Source: Archangiaceae bacterium
GTDB lineage: Bacteria > Myxococcota > Myxococcia > Myxococcales > Myxococcaceae
Direction: 5' to 3'
Length of the DNA stretch: 35,985 nucleotides
NCBI GenBank assembly: GCA_043750125.1
Contig: JAYVCD010000382.1
Coordinates: forward strand, 1-35,985
The translations under genes were made by a program, and so were the position numbers. The notes below the pieces were generated by a model, which ran no database searches, was not told where the DNA came from, and saw only the letters and a list, made by a program, of their open reading frames with translations. Shown in pieces: positions 17,183 to 26,629 of the stretch. Positions within the stretch are counted from its first letter, which is position 1; each line of letters begins with the position of its first letter.

Positions 17183-20100
17183 GACGACTTCCTCGTCGGG
17201 TCATTGGAGGTGCGCGCCACGGCTTCGGCGACGAGCTTGCCGGGCGAATAGACCTTCCCGGCGGCCAGGGCCCGAATCGACTCTTCGGCCAGCTTGGTGA
17301 CGCTGCGATAGCTCTCGCTGCGCGCCATGCCCTTCGTTCTGCGCCGCATCTCGGACAACAACAGCGGAGGCCCGATGCGAACTTTCAAGTCGGTCTGCTT
17401 GGGGAACAGCCCGCCCTTGGGCAGGGCTTCGAACGTGCCCCCCAGGTACATCGGCAGAATGTCGACCTCGTAGCTGAGCGCGAGGTAGCCCAAGGTGGGG
17501 AAGAATTCCTGAATCTCACCGGTCGGCGAGCGGGTCCCTTCAGGAAAGATGAGCAGGTTGAAGCCCTGGTTGAGCGCTTCGCCCGCCATGCGCAGCGATT
17601 CGCGCAGCGAGCCCTGGCGTTCCATCGGAATGAGGTTGGTGAAGTTCTCGAAGTAGGCGCGCTTGAGCGGGGTGTTGAAGAAGTAGTCGCGGGCCGCGAG
17701 CGCGGTCAGCCGTTCGCCTTGCGAGCCGAGCACCACCTTGACCAGGCCCATGTCGAGATGACTCGAGTGGTTGGCGATGACGAGGAAGTTCCGGTTCTGG
17801 GGAATGAACGATTTGCCGGTGGTCTGAACGTCGAAGATGCCGCCGTAGAGCGCGCGCTGCCCGGCGGACAACAACGCCTTGCCCAGGCGCGCGATCGGCT
17901 CGGGCATCGAGATCTCGAGATCGGTCGACTTCTGGGTGAGCTCGCGGGTGACGTCTTTGGCGCGGGTCTCAGTTGCGGGCAGTTTGCCGGACGCCATGAT
18001 CACCCGGCGCAGGTCTTCGACGGTGTTGATCTTGGTCAGATCTCCGACCGCGCTGGTCGCCACTCCGGCCTGCTCGAGGGCGACCGACAGCTCGGTGAGC
18101 ATCAGCGAGTCGAAGCCCAGGTCGGCGGTCAGGCGCGAGTCCGACCGGATGTCGGTCGCGGGCCGCTGCAGCACTTCGGCGAGAATCGGAATCAGCCAGT
18201 CGGTGTTGACGGCGGAATCCTTGGCGGCCGAGCGGGCTTTTTCCCCACTGTGGGCTGCGCGTTCGAGGCGCTTCAGCTCTTCGACCACCTGCTTGCGCTT
18301 GACCTTGCGGGTCGAGGTGCGCGGCAGCTCGGCGTCCCACAGCCGCAGCAGCTTCACCCGGCGGTAGAACGGCATCTCGGCGGACACCAGCCGGAAGTGC
18401 TCTTCGAGCTCTCTGCGCACTTCTTCCCGCGGCCGCTCGAAGTAGTCGGGCACGCAGAGGCAGGCGACTTTTTCCGCGCCCGCTTCATCGGCGAACCCGA
18501 CGATCGACAGCTCTTTGACGTGCTTGTGCTTCCCGTAGAGCTCCTCGAGCTCGTCGGGGTAAACGTTCTTCCCGTTGGCGTCGATGATGACGTCCTTCTG
18601 CCGACCCGCGAGGTAGAGGCGGCCTTCGTCGTCGATGCGTCCGAGGTCTCCGGTGTGCAGCCAGCCGTCTTTCAAGACGACGTCGGTGCTCTCGCGATCC
18701 TCGAAGTAGCCGGCCATCACGTTGGGGCCGCGGGCGATCACCTCGCCGATTCCTTCTCCGTCGGGGCTGGAGATCTTCAGCTCGATTCCCGGCAGCGCGC
18801 GCCCGACGGTTCCGGGCAACCGCTTGTTGCTGTTCTCGGTCACGGTGAGCACCGGAGCCGATTCGGTCAGCCCGTACCCTTCGGTGAGGCTGAAGCCGAG
18901 CGCGTGAAACGCTTTGTGGACGTCATCGGGAAGCGCCGAGCCGCCCGAGACGAGGTACTTGATGTTCCCCCCGAACTTCCGGTGCACCGGCCAGAACAGC
19001 AGCTTGCCGAGGTTCAGGCTCGAGCGATTGCGCAGCTCGCCGTTGATCGCCATCAGCCCCTTCATCGCTTCTTCGATGAAGCGAGGCTTGCTGGCGAGCT
19101 CCTGGGTCATCTTCCGGTGGAACAGTTGCCACAGCGCGGGCACGCCGATCATCCCGGTGATCCGCCCGGTCTCGAGCACGTCGCCGATGCGGTCGGTCGT
19201 GAGCTCGTCGATGTAGGAAATTTCGGCGCCGCGAGAGAACGGAGTGAGGAAGCCGGCCGAGAACTCGAACGTGTGGTGAAGCGGAAGCACCGACAGCACC
19301 CCGTCGCCGACTCCCATTTCGAAGCTGCCAGCGAGCTTGGAAATCAGAGAGCTGAAGTTCCGGTGCGTCAGCATCACCCCCTTGGGATTCCCGGTGGTGC
19401 CGCTGGTGAAGATGAGGGAAGCGACATCGTCCGGGCCGGCGCTCTTCTTCACCGGGCCGATGCCGTCGGGCTGCGCGTCGTCCCCGGCCATCGCCTGGGC
19501 CAGGGAATGAACCTGAATCGAGAGGGTGGCCTCGGCCAGCTGCCGGTGCAGTGCGGGCAGCTCTTCGGCGGCCTTCTCGGACAGCAGGCAGACGGAAGCG
19601 CGGCAGCGGCGCGCGACGTTGACGACTTCGGCTTCCGACAGCTCGGGGTCGATCGGAACGACGGTGGCCCCGGCGCGCAGAATTCCGAAGAACGCGATGC
19701 CCCACTCGGGCCGGTTCTCAGAGACGAGCATCACCTTGTCGCCCGGCTTGACGCCCGAGCGAATGAGGAAGCTGCCGACGCGCGCGGCGTAGCGGTGAAC
19801 TTCGCCGTAGGTAAAGCGGGTCTGCTTGTCGCCTTCGAACATCCGGAACGCGACCCGCTGCCGCCAGGCGTGAACCGATGCTTCGAACATCTCGAGCAGG
19901 TCTCGGTGCGAGGCGATCACCCGGCGCTTTTCGGTCTCTTCCTCGAGGCCGGGGAAGACCCACTTCTCGAGTCCAGGCATGTGGACGTTGAGGAAGTAGT
20001 CGCGCCAGTCGATGTCTTCGGGGTTCCAGGGAATCTTCGCCCGGTCGTGCGCGGGCATGTCGGCGTACAGCGACCGGGTGTTGTCGCAGCGGAAGAGGAA

Positions 20101-21591
20101 CCGGTTTTCCCAGAGGAAGGGCAAGAACAGGTCGACGATCATCTTCACCCCGCCCGCCTGCTCGCCGACATCGTCGAGCTTCTGGCTGGCGTGGGTGAGC
20201 ATCGCGGTCAACTTCGGAGCGCCCCAGGTCGGCTTGAGCTCTTCAATCTTCGACTTCAGCCACTTGGTGCCTTCGGTGAACAGCGGCGCGCTGCGGGCGT
20301 TGAAAGCGCTCTTGCTGACCGCCTGGGGCTCGATTCGCGCCAGCAATTCGTTGAGGTAGCCGTTGCCGGTCTTCTTGGTGCGGTAATACTTGCGGCGGTA
20401 GAGGCCGACCAGCTCGACGCTGCGGGGGGCCATGAACGGGTTGGTGTCGCCCGAAGCCTGGGCATAGACGCGGCGCTCGGACGTTCGCAGCTGCTGGGCG
20501 GTGATCGCGATCAACGAGCCGGCGACCATGTCGACCGGGATCATGTCGAGCACCGCCTTGTCGCTGGCCGGCAGTGCGCGCTGACCTTTGAGGCAGGCAA
20601 AGCAGATGGGGGCCGACGTGGTGAAGCCCTCGTTCCACCCGGGGAACGGGTAGTGGAGCGCGCTCTCGACGATCGACGGTCGGACGATCGCGTAGCGCAG
20701 GCCCGGGGTCGAGGCGATGACCTGTTCGCCGAGCGCCTTGGTGTACGTGTACGTGTTGGGCCAGCCCCAGTGCTTGGCCCGTTCCATTCCGGCCTCGGTG
20801 AGCTTGAGCGTGGTCCACAGCTTGCGTTCGCGACCGACGGCCAGGCGCAGCGTCTTTTCGTCGTTGAAGTCGCGGCCTTCTTCTTTGAGCCGGGTGAGGG
20901 CCTTCTCGCGAAAGATCGAGCCCAGCGCCTTGTCGTCAGACTGCTCGCGCAGCCGGGCGACGATTTTTCCGCAGTCCTTGAGTTCTTGCTCGAGAGAAAA
21001 GTCGCGGCCCCCGAGCTCTTCTTTCCGGGGGAAGTAGCCGAGGACTTCTTCGTCTTCGAAGATCAGCCCCGAGCGATTGCCGGCCACGAACGAGGTCGAC
21101 ATGTGGACCAACGGCACGTCGTAGTGAAGGCAGGCGTCGACGAGGTGCTTGAGCCCGTGGGTGTTGACGTTGAGGCCGACCTCGAGCGAGGGGTTGAAGC
21201 TCACCAGTCCCGCGCAGTTGATGACTACGTCCAGCTCGCCTTTCAACGCTCGGGCGGGGACTTCTTCCATTCCCATCCACGGGTCGGTGATGTCGCCGTC
21301 GAGAATGGTGCACTTGTTCTTCAGCCAGGTGACCGCGCCTTCTTCCCCGTACTTCTCGCGAATGGGCAAGAAGGGCTCGCTGGGAACGACCTTGTCGTAG
21401 AAGCGGACTTCGGCGTTCTTGCTGCTGCCTTTGCGGACGAGGACGTAGACCTTCTTCAGCTGCTCGCCATAGCGGTGCAGCAGCATCGACAAAGACACCT
21501 TGCCGACGAAGCCCGTTGCGCCTGCGAAGAGCACGCGTTTGCCAGTGAGAATTGCGGTGACGTCGAGGGGGCCCAGCGAAGTTACAGCCAT
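17179..21591 (-). CDS. elbD: ElbD-type ether-lipid multienzyme: fatty acyl reductase + adenylation + ACP + acyltransferase
   Basis: Reductase (GATGFVGK, PNTYTYTK, RPSIV, DMIPVD), A domain (FTSGTTGNPKG, GYGLTE, TGDLG), carrier (LGFDSL) and PlsC (NHSSHLD, FPEGTRS). ATG at 21591. Confidence 0.88.
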   Translation of the reverse strand: MAVTSLGPLDVTAILTGKRVLFAGATGFVGKVSLSMLLHRYGEQLKKVYVLVRKGSSKNAEVRFYDKVVPSEPFLPIREKYGEEGAVTWLKNKCTILDGDITDPWMGMEEVPARALKGELDVVINCAGLVSFNPSLEVGLNVNTHGLKHLVDACLHYDVPLVHMSTSFVAGNRSGLIFEDEEVLGYFPRKEELGGRDFSLEQELKDCGKIVARLREQSDDKALGSIFREKALTRLKEEGRDFNDEKTLRLAVGRERKLWTTLKLTEAGMERAKHWGWPNTYTYTKALGEQVIASTPGLRYAIVRPSIVESALHYPFPGWNEGFTTSAPICFACLKGQRALPASDKAVLDMIPVDMVAGSLIAITAQQLRTSERRVYAQASGDTNPFMAPRSVELVGLYRRKYYRTKKTGNGYLNELLARIEPQAVSKSAFNARSAPLFTEGTKWLKSKIEELKPTWGAPKLTAMLTHASQKLDDVGEQAGGVKMIVDLFLPFLWENRFLFRCDNTRSLYADMPAHDRAKIPWNPEDIDWRDYFLNVHMPGLEKWVFPGLEEETEKRRVIASHRDLLEMFEASVHAWRQRVAFRMFEGDKQTRFTYGEVHRYAARVGSFLIRSGVKPGDKVMLVSENRPEWGIAFFGILRAGATVVPIDPELSEAEVVNVARRCRASVCLLSEKAAEELPALHRQLAEATLSIQVHSLAQAMAGDDAQPDGIGPVKKSAGPDDVASLIFTSGTTGNPKGVMLTHRNFSSLISKLAGSFEMGVGDGVLSVLPLHHTFEFSAGFLTPFSRGAEISYIDELTTDRIGDVLETGRITGMIGVPALWQLFHRKMTQELASKPRFIEEAMKGLMAINGELRNRSSLNLGKLLFWPVHRKFGGNIKYLVSGGSALPDDVHKAFHALGFSLTEGYGLTESAPVLTVTENSNKRLPGTVGRALPGIELKISSPDGEGIGEVIARGPNVMAGYFEDRESTDVVLKDGWLHTGDLGRIDDEGRLYLAGRQKDVIIDANGKNVYPDELEELYGKHKHVKELSIVGFADEAGAEKVACLCVPDYFERPREEVRRELEEHFRLVSAEMPFYRRVKLLRLWDAELPRTSTRKVKRKQVVEELKRLERAAHSGEKARSAAKDSAVNTDWLIPILAEVLQRPATDIRSDSRLTADLGFDSLMLTELSVALEQAGVATSAVGDLTKINTVEDLRRVIMASGKLPATETRAKDVTRELTQKSTDLEISMPEPIARLGKALLSAGQRALYGGIFDVQTTGKSFIPQNRNFLVIANHSSHLDMGLVKVVLGSQGERLTALAARDYFFNTPLKRAYFENFTNLIPMERQGSLRESLRMAGEALNQGFNLLIFPEGTRSPTGEIQEFFPTLGYLALSYEVDILPMYLGGTFEALPKGGLFPKQTDLKVRIGPPLLLSEMRRRTKGMARSESYRSVTKLAEESIRALAAGKVYSPGKLVAEAVARTSNDPTRKSS

Positions 21592-21721
21592 GGCCGATGC
21601 TCTAGCCGCCACAGCGCGGGAAATCCAGTTGGGGACAAGACAGCTTTGACCCCGCGGAATTTGACAGGGCGCGGCGGCGGTCGTTTTGTGGGGGCAATGA
21701 ATTCGAACCCTGCCCGGCGCG

Positions 21722-23272
21722 ATGGCCCCTAAAGACGAGCTGCAGGCGGGTCAGCTGGGCAAATACCGGATCCTCACCCGGCTGTCGGTGGGGGGAATGG
21801 CCGAGATCTTCCTCGCCTTCGGCCCGGGGCCCAGCGGAGAGCAGCGGCTGGTCACGGTGAAGCGGATCTTGCCCGAGCTGCGCGAGCGCGAAGAGTTCGT
21901 GCACATGTTCCTCGACGAAGCGCGAATCAGCGCGTCGCTGGCGCACCAGAACATCGCGCAGGTCTACGAGCTGGGGCACGAGCGCGACGAGCTGTTCATC
22001 GCGATGGAGTTCATCGCCGGCCAAAGCCTGGCGTCGATCTTGAGGCGGTGCAAACGACTGCGGCGGCCGATGCCGGTGGGCTTCACCGCGATGGTGGGGC
22101 GGGACCTGTGCCTGGCGCTCGACTGCGCGCACAACTTCGTTCAGCGCTCGGGGGAGGTGGCTCCGATCATTCACCGCGACGTTTCGCCCACCAACGTGAT
22201 GGTCACCTACGACGGGCAGGTGAAGGTGATCGACTTCGGGGTGGCGAAGGCGGCGGGCAGCCTGTCGCGCACCGCCTCGGGGAACATCAAGGGCAGCCGG
22301 GGCTACATGTCGCCCGAGCAGGCGCGGGGGGCTCCGCTGGATCCCCGGTCGGACATTTTCGCCGCGGGCATCGTGCTGCACGAGCTGCTCACCGGGCGCC
22401 CGCTGTTCCTGCGCGATTCTGAATTGCTGACCTTTCGCGGAGTGCTGCGCGATGACATTCCCACCGCGATTTCGATCAACCCCGGCGTGCCGCGCCCGCT
22501 GTCGGACGTGATTGCGATCGCGTTGAACCGCAGCGTGGGAACGCGGTTTCCGAACGCCCGGGAAATGTCGCGCGCGATTTCGGCCGCCATTCCCGCGCTG
22601 ATTTCGACTGCCGAAGACGCCGCGGCCTTCATGCGCGAGCTGTTCGCTGACGAGCTGCTGCAGACCGAAGCGCTGCTGTCGACCCAGCGGGGCAGCGTCG
22701 CGCTGCTCAAAGACTCGACCCGCGATCTCGGCGTTCCCCGCCATGGAGGGACGAACGTCTACGGGCCGCTGCCCACCGGGGTGATTCGACTCGAGGAAGA
22801 AGAGGAAAAGCGGGCCGTGCCCGAAGGGCCCGAGCGGGCGGTGGAAGGGGCGACCGTGCTGTCGGTCGACGACTCGGAGATCAGCCGGGACTTCATCGAG
22901 GCGCACCTCGAGAGCTCGGGGTTTCCGGTGCTGCACTGCGGCTCGGCGAAAGAAGCGCTGGTGCTGATTGAAGAGCGCCTGCCTGACTTGATTCTGCTCG
23001 ACGTGGTGATGCCGGGGATCAACGGCTTCGAGCTGTGCCGAATGTTGCGCGAGCGCTGCACCCAACGGCCTTTTCTTCCGATTCTGTTCCTCACTTCGGT
23101 CAGCTCGTTCGAGCAGCGGCTGGAAGGCCTGGCCGCGGGGGGCGACGACTTCATCGTCAAGCCGTATCACCCGCCCGAGCTGATCGGCCTGGTGCGGGCC
23201 CACCTGCGACGAGCGGCGTTTCTCGAAAAGCAGCGGTCACGCGCGGCGCAGGCGAAGTCGAAGCCGTCGTAA
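21722..23272 (+). CDS. Ser/Thr protein kinase fused to a C-terminal receiver domain
   Basis: Kinase motifs GGMAEIF, VTVKR, HRDVSPTN, DFG, YMSPE. Receiver motifs VDDS, LILLDVVMP, FLTS, FIVKP. No TM segment. Confidence 0.92.
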   Translation: MAPKDELQAGQLGKYRILTRLSVGGMAEIFLAFGPGPSGEQRLVTVKRILPELREREEFVHMFLDEARISASLAHQNIAQVYELGHERDELFIAMEFIAGQSLASILRRCKRLRRPMPVGFTAMVGRDLCLALDCAHNFVQRSGEVAPIIHRDVSPTNVMVTYDGQVKVIDFGVAKAAGSLSRTASGNIKGSRGYMSPEQARGAPLDPRSDIFAAGIVLHELLTGRPLFLRDSELLTFRGVLRDDIPTAISINPGVPRPLSDVIAIALNRSVGTRFPNAREMSRAISAAIPALISTAEDAAAFMRELFADELLQTEALLSTQRGSVALLKDSTRDLGVPRHGGTNVYGPLPTGVIRLEEEEEKRAVPEGPERAVEGATVLSVDDSEISRDFIEAHLESSGFPVLHCGSAKEALVLIEERLPDLILLDVVMPGINGFELCRMLRERCTQRPFLPILFLTSVSSFEQRLEGLAAGGDDFIVKPYHPPELIGLVRAHLRRAAFLEKQRSRAAQAKSKPS

Positions 23273-23275
23273 AGC

Positions 23276-23806
23276 TCAGGGATACGAGACGAACACGTCG
23301 ACGGTGAATGACTGACCGGGCGGAGCAATGTGCATCGTCGGCGGCGCGTGGGCGCGGATGCATTGCGCCACTTCGGCAGAGGCGTCGCGGGCTTCCTGCA
23401 CCCCGCGCCCGACTTCGTTTCCCTCTGCGTCGATCACGAATTGGTAGGTGAGGCTGACCGCGGCAGACCCGGAGGCCGGAAAGCACAACGCCACCCACTG
23501 GGGCCGCAGTCGTTCCAATTCCGCGCCGAGCGCCGCCTCGACTTTCGAGCGCGCGGCCCGAAGCCTGGGTTCATCTGACGCCGGCGCGGGAAGAGCTGCG
23601 GGTGCCGGAACCCGGGCGAGCGCGACGGGAGGAAGCACCCGCGGAGCAAAGCCCACCGGAATCGGGCGCGGCGCCGCAACGACCGGCTCGGAAGGAACGG
23701 ACGGGACAATGGGAATCTGTCCGAGCCGATGCACCCCCAGGCTCACCCCCACCCCGCCGGCGAAGGTCGCAACCCCCAGCCCAATCCACAGCGGGCGCAG
23801 GCTCAC
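23276..23806 (-). CDS. Membrane-anchored protein with Pro-rich linker and TonB-C/AgmX-PglI-like two-Cys domain (paralogue B)
   Basis: GTG 23806 overlaps the upstream stop (GTGA). TM segment LWIGLGVATFAGGVGVSLGV. C-domain VALC..IDAEGNEVGRG..VAQC..PP..I..PG..YP. Confidence 0.65.
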   Translation of the reverse strand: MSLRPLWIGLGVATFAGGVGVSLGVHRLGQIPIVPSVPSEPVVAAPRPIPVGFAPRVLPPVALARVPAPAALPAPASDEPRLRAARSKVEAALGAELERLRPQWVALCFPASGSAAVSLTYQFVIDAEGNEVGRGVQEARDASAEVAQCIRAHAPPTMHIAPPGQSFTVDVFVSYP

Positions 23807-24210
23807 GGAAGGACCAATTGGACCTGCAATGAAACCGGAGCTCCCGGTGCGGGAATTCGCAGCTCGGGAGGAAAGCGTCGGGTCAGGCAGGTGCCGACCT
23901 GGTTGAACGGCGCGCTGTGGTCTTCCGACAGCCCGCGGCCCACTTCGTGTCCCGTCGCATCGAACGCCATGGAAAAAATGAAGGCCAGAGGAGGAAGGCC
24001 CGCATCGAAGGACCAGCAGGCTGCGACCATGTCCGCGTGCCGGACCTGCAGCGCGGCGAGGGCGTTTGCTTCGGTCTGGCTCAGGGGCTGGGCCTGGATT
24101 TTCGCCGGCACAGGCTCGGCCCGGTGACCGCGCAGGCCAAAATAAAGGCCGAGCGAGATCATCGCGCAGCCGATCACAATCGAGAAGAACAACGCGGTGC
24201 TTTGTCTCAC
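23803..24210 (-). CDS. Membrane-anchored protein with TonB-C/AgmX-PglI-like two-Cys domain (paralogue A)
   Basis: TM segment ALFFSIVIGCAMISLGLYFGL. C-domain VAAC..FDATGHEVGRG..VGTC..PP..I..PG..LP, which aligns with the neighbouring gene. Confidence 0.7.
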   Translation of the reverse strand: MRQSTALFFSIVIGCAMISLGLYFGLRGHRAEPVPAKIQAQPLSQTEANALAALQVRHADMVAACWSFDAGLPPLAFIFSMAFDATGHEVGRGLSEDHSAPFNQVGTCLTRRFPPELRIPAPGAPVSLQVQLVLP

Positions 24211-24228
24211 AGCCGAAGACCGGGCTCC

Positions 24229-25719
24229 CTAGTTCATCAAGATCGCCGAGGTATACCCGAACTCGTTGTTGTCCCAGTTCGCGTTGGACACGGTCGCGCA
24301 CAGCCCGAACAGGTATGAGCCGGCGGCGAGGCCGGTGAACACCGCGTTCAACCCCATCGGGGTGCGGGTGTTCTGAAGGCAGGTCTGACCAAACGAACCC
24401 GCTCCCAGCGCGACCGGTGCGGCGACTCCCAATTGCCGGCAGACGTAGAGGTTGAGCGCACTGGCTCCTCCGGCGACGCTGCTGCCCATCGCGCGGCTGG
24501 CCGTGACGAAGACCGTCTGAGTGGTGCTGGTGACGCTCAGGGTCACCGTCGGGCCGATGAACGTGGGGCTCAGCGAAATCGGGAGGCTCGAGCTGGACCC
24601 GAGCCCCGAGGCAAAGACCGCGGCCACCACGCCCTGCGGCCCTTGCGCTCCGGTCGCCCCAGTGGCACCGGTCGCCCCAGTTGGGCCCATCGTTCCGGTG
24701 GGGCCCGCGACTCCAGTGGCGCCGATGGGCCCGGTGGCCCCCGTCGTCCCATTGGGTCCAATCGGCCCGATGGGGCCCGCGGCTCCGGTCGTGCCAGTGG
24801 CGCCGGTCGACCCATTGGGCCCATTCGGCCCGACGGGCCCAGCGGCTCCGGTCGCGCCTGTGTTTCCGGTGGTCCCTGCCGGGCCGGTCACACCCGCCGG
24901 GCCCACGGTTCCGGTTGGCCCTTGAGGACCTGTCGGGCCAGCGGCTCCGATCGCGCCATCAGGTCCTGCGGGTCCGGCGGCGCCCGTCGCTCCGATAGAT
25001 CCGGTCGGACCTTGAGGACCTGCTGACCCCGCGGGCCCCACTGCTCCATCGGCGCCCGCAGGTCCAGTCGCGCCCGCAGAGCCCGGAATTCCGGTTGGAC
25101 CCTGAGGACCCGCCGGTCCAGCCGGGCCGAGCGCTCCATTGGTCCCGGCAGGTCCAGTCGCACCGGCAGAACCGACGGCTCCGGTCGGACCTTGAGGACC
25201 CGACGGCCCGGCCGGCCCGGTTCCATCTGCTCCGGCAGGTCCCTGCGGTCCTGCGACCCCGGTAATGCCCGTCGGCCCACTGGCTCCCATCGCGCCCTGC
25301 GGTCCCGTGGCCCCGGGGGCGCCGGGATCTCCCGCGAGTCCCTGCGCGCCCGCGAGTCCTTGCGGCCCCAGGGCACCGTTGCAGGCGTAGGTGATGCCGC
25401 CGTCTACATCGAACTTCGTGCCCCCGCGGGCGCAATTCAAATCTCCCACCGGCAACGCCGTCGCGATCACCGGCCTTGGGGACCCCGCTGGGCCTGCAGG
25501 GCCCGTCGCACCGACGGGGCCCGCCATTCCGGGCGCTCCGGCCGTTCCGGCTGTTCCGACCATTCCGGGCATTCCCGCGGCGCCTTTCTCTCCCGCGGGA
25601 CCTTGCGGACCGAGCGCACCCACCGCCCCTTGTGGGCCTTCGGGACCTGCGGCGCCAGGCGAGGAACAACCCGTTACCAACACAACGGCCGCAGAAAACA
25701 GAGTTGCAGTCAGTCTCAA
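24229..25719 (-). CDS. Collagen-like (Gly-X-Y) lipoprotein with C-terminal globular domain
   Basis: TTG start and lipobox LVTG-C. About 20 triplets, then a two-Cys insert (NCARGG..TYACNG), ~83 further triplets and an ~130-aa beta-rich C-domain. Confidence 0.88.
   Translation of the reverse strand: MRLTATLFSAAVVLVTGCSSPGAAGPEGPQGAVGALGPQGPAGEKGAAGMPGMVGTAGTAGAPGMAGPVGATGPAGPAGSPRPVIATALPVGDLNCARGGTKFDVDGGITYACNGALGPQGLAGAQGLAGDPGAPGATGPQGAMGASGPTGITGVAGPQGPAGADGTGPAGPSGPQGPTGAVGSAGATGPAGTNGALGPAGPAGPQGPTGIPGSAGATGPAGADGAVGPAGSAGPQGPTGSIGATGAAGPAGPDGAIGAAGPTGPQGPTGTVGPAGVTGPAGTTGNTGATGAAGPVGPNGPNGSTGATGTTGAAGPIGPIGPNGTTGATGPIGATGVAGPTGTMGPTGATGATGATGAQGPQGVVAAVFASGLGSSSSLPISLSPTFIGPTVTLSVTSTTQTVFVTASRAMGSSVAGGASALNLYVCRQLGVAAPVALGAGSFGQTCLQNTRTPMGLNAVFTGLAAGSYLFGLCATVSNANWDNNEFGYTSAILMN
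24900..25225 (-). repeat. Degenerate 90-bp (30-aa) coding tandem repeat, ~4 units
   Basis: c(t/c)tgaggacc recurs at 24921, 25011, 25101 and 25191, giving GPQGPTG every 30 aa. An adjacent 63-bp duplication has ggctccggtc at 24781 and 24844. Boundaries are approximate. Confidence 0.85.
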
Positions 25720-26118
25720 GTTGCCCCCGTTCGACTCCGTTCAGGAATCGAGCACGCGATATGAAAATTCTACCCGCGCAGCATCTTTTCCCAGCGGCAA
25801 AGTTTGTCGAACTCTCGCGATTCTCTACCCACATCGACTCACTGGGTACGCTTCACCCCGGGGTCCAAACCGCCCGCATCTTCCATTTCCTCACCCCAGT
25901 GCGGCGGCTGAATTCATTGCGGCGCTGGCGACGTTGGCCTTCCAACCACATCAGGGTGTGGTCAAAGGGACAAGGTCACTCAAAAAGGAAGCCTCTACCC
26001 CTCGGGCCGTCTGGTTGTGTGGCGAGTTGATGAGAACAACCGCGGCGCCCACTTCAATCGCGCACTCGAACCGACTCATAAACAAGCATTGTCGAGTCGT
26101 TGATCATTGCCACAGACT

Positions 26119-26547
26119 TCACATGGATGAGCTGCCATTGCCTTCCCTTGTCAGGGTTTCAGTCACCCGCGCAACTTCTTCACGGCGCGTGAGGTCCGCC
26201 AGGCTGATGACCCCGACCAGATTCTGATCGCCGTCGATGCAGAGAATGCGCGCCTTCTGATGCTTTCCCATCAGCCGTTCGGCGGTGACGACGTCCTCGT
26301 CGGGTTTGCAAGACAGAAACCCGCGGGTCATCACGTCGGTCACGGGCGTGCTGGCCGGGCGGTCGTCCGCGACCAGGCGAATCGCGATGTCGCGATCGGT
26401 AATCACCCCAATCACACTCGAAGTGTCGAAGTCGCAGACGGCCAGGAACCCCACGTCGGCGTCCCGCATCACCCGGGCGGCGACACCTGCGGAATCGGTA
26501 GACGCGACCCAGATCACCTTCTTGGTCATCACTTCTCTGCACAGCAT
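26119..26547 (-). CDS. CBS-domain pair protein
   Basis: EVMT..GVITDRDIAIR..VTDVMT..LVGVISLADL. ATG 26547 with GGAGG RBS. Confidence 0.92.
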   Translation of the reverse strand: MLCREVMTKKVIWVASTDSAGVAARVMRDADVGFLAVCDFDTSSVIGVITDRDIAIRLVADDRPASTPVTDVMTRGFLSCKPDEDVVTAERLMGKHQKARILCIDGDQNLVGVISLADLTRREEVARVTETLTREGNGSSSM

Positions 26548-26629
26548 CGAGCCGCCTCCAGCGAATGAAGGACGCCAGACTATCGCCATCGGCGCTCGAG
26601 ACCCCGTTGTCGTTCGCCCATTTTCCAGC

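Noticed and set aside
17179-21591. NRPS secondary-metabolite cluster
   Set aside because: No condensation or thioesterase domain; reductase-A-ACP-acyltransferase order fits a lipid synthase.
17719-21732. 1337-aa plus-strand ORF
   Set aside because: Antisense shadow of elbD, as expected from high-GC codon bias; no recognisable motifs.
23807-24301. N-terminal half of the 341-aa ORF 23276..24301
   Set aside because: Overlaps paralogue A and the collagen 3' end in another frame; the real start is most likely GTG 23806.
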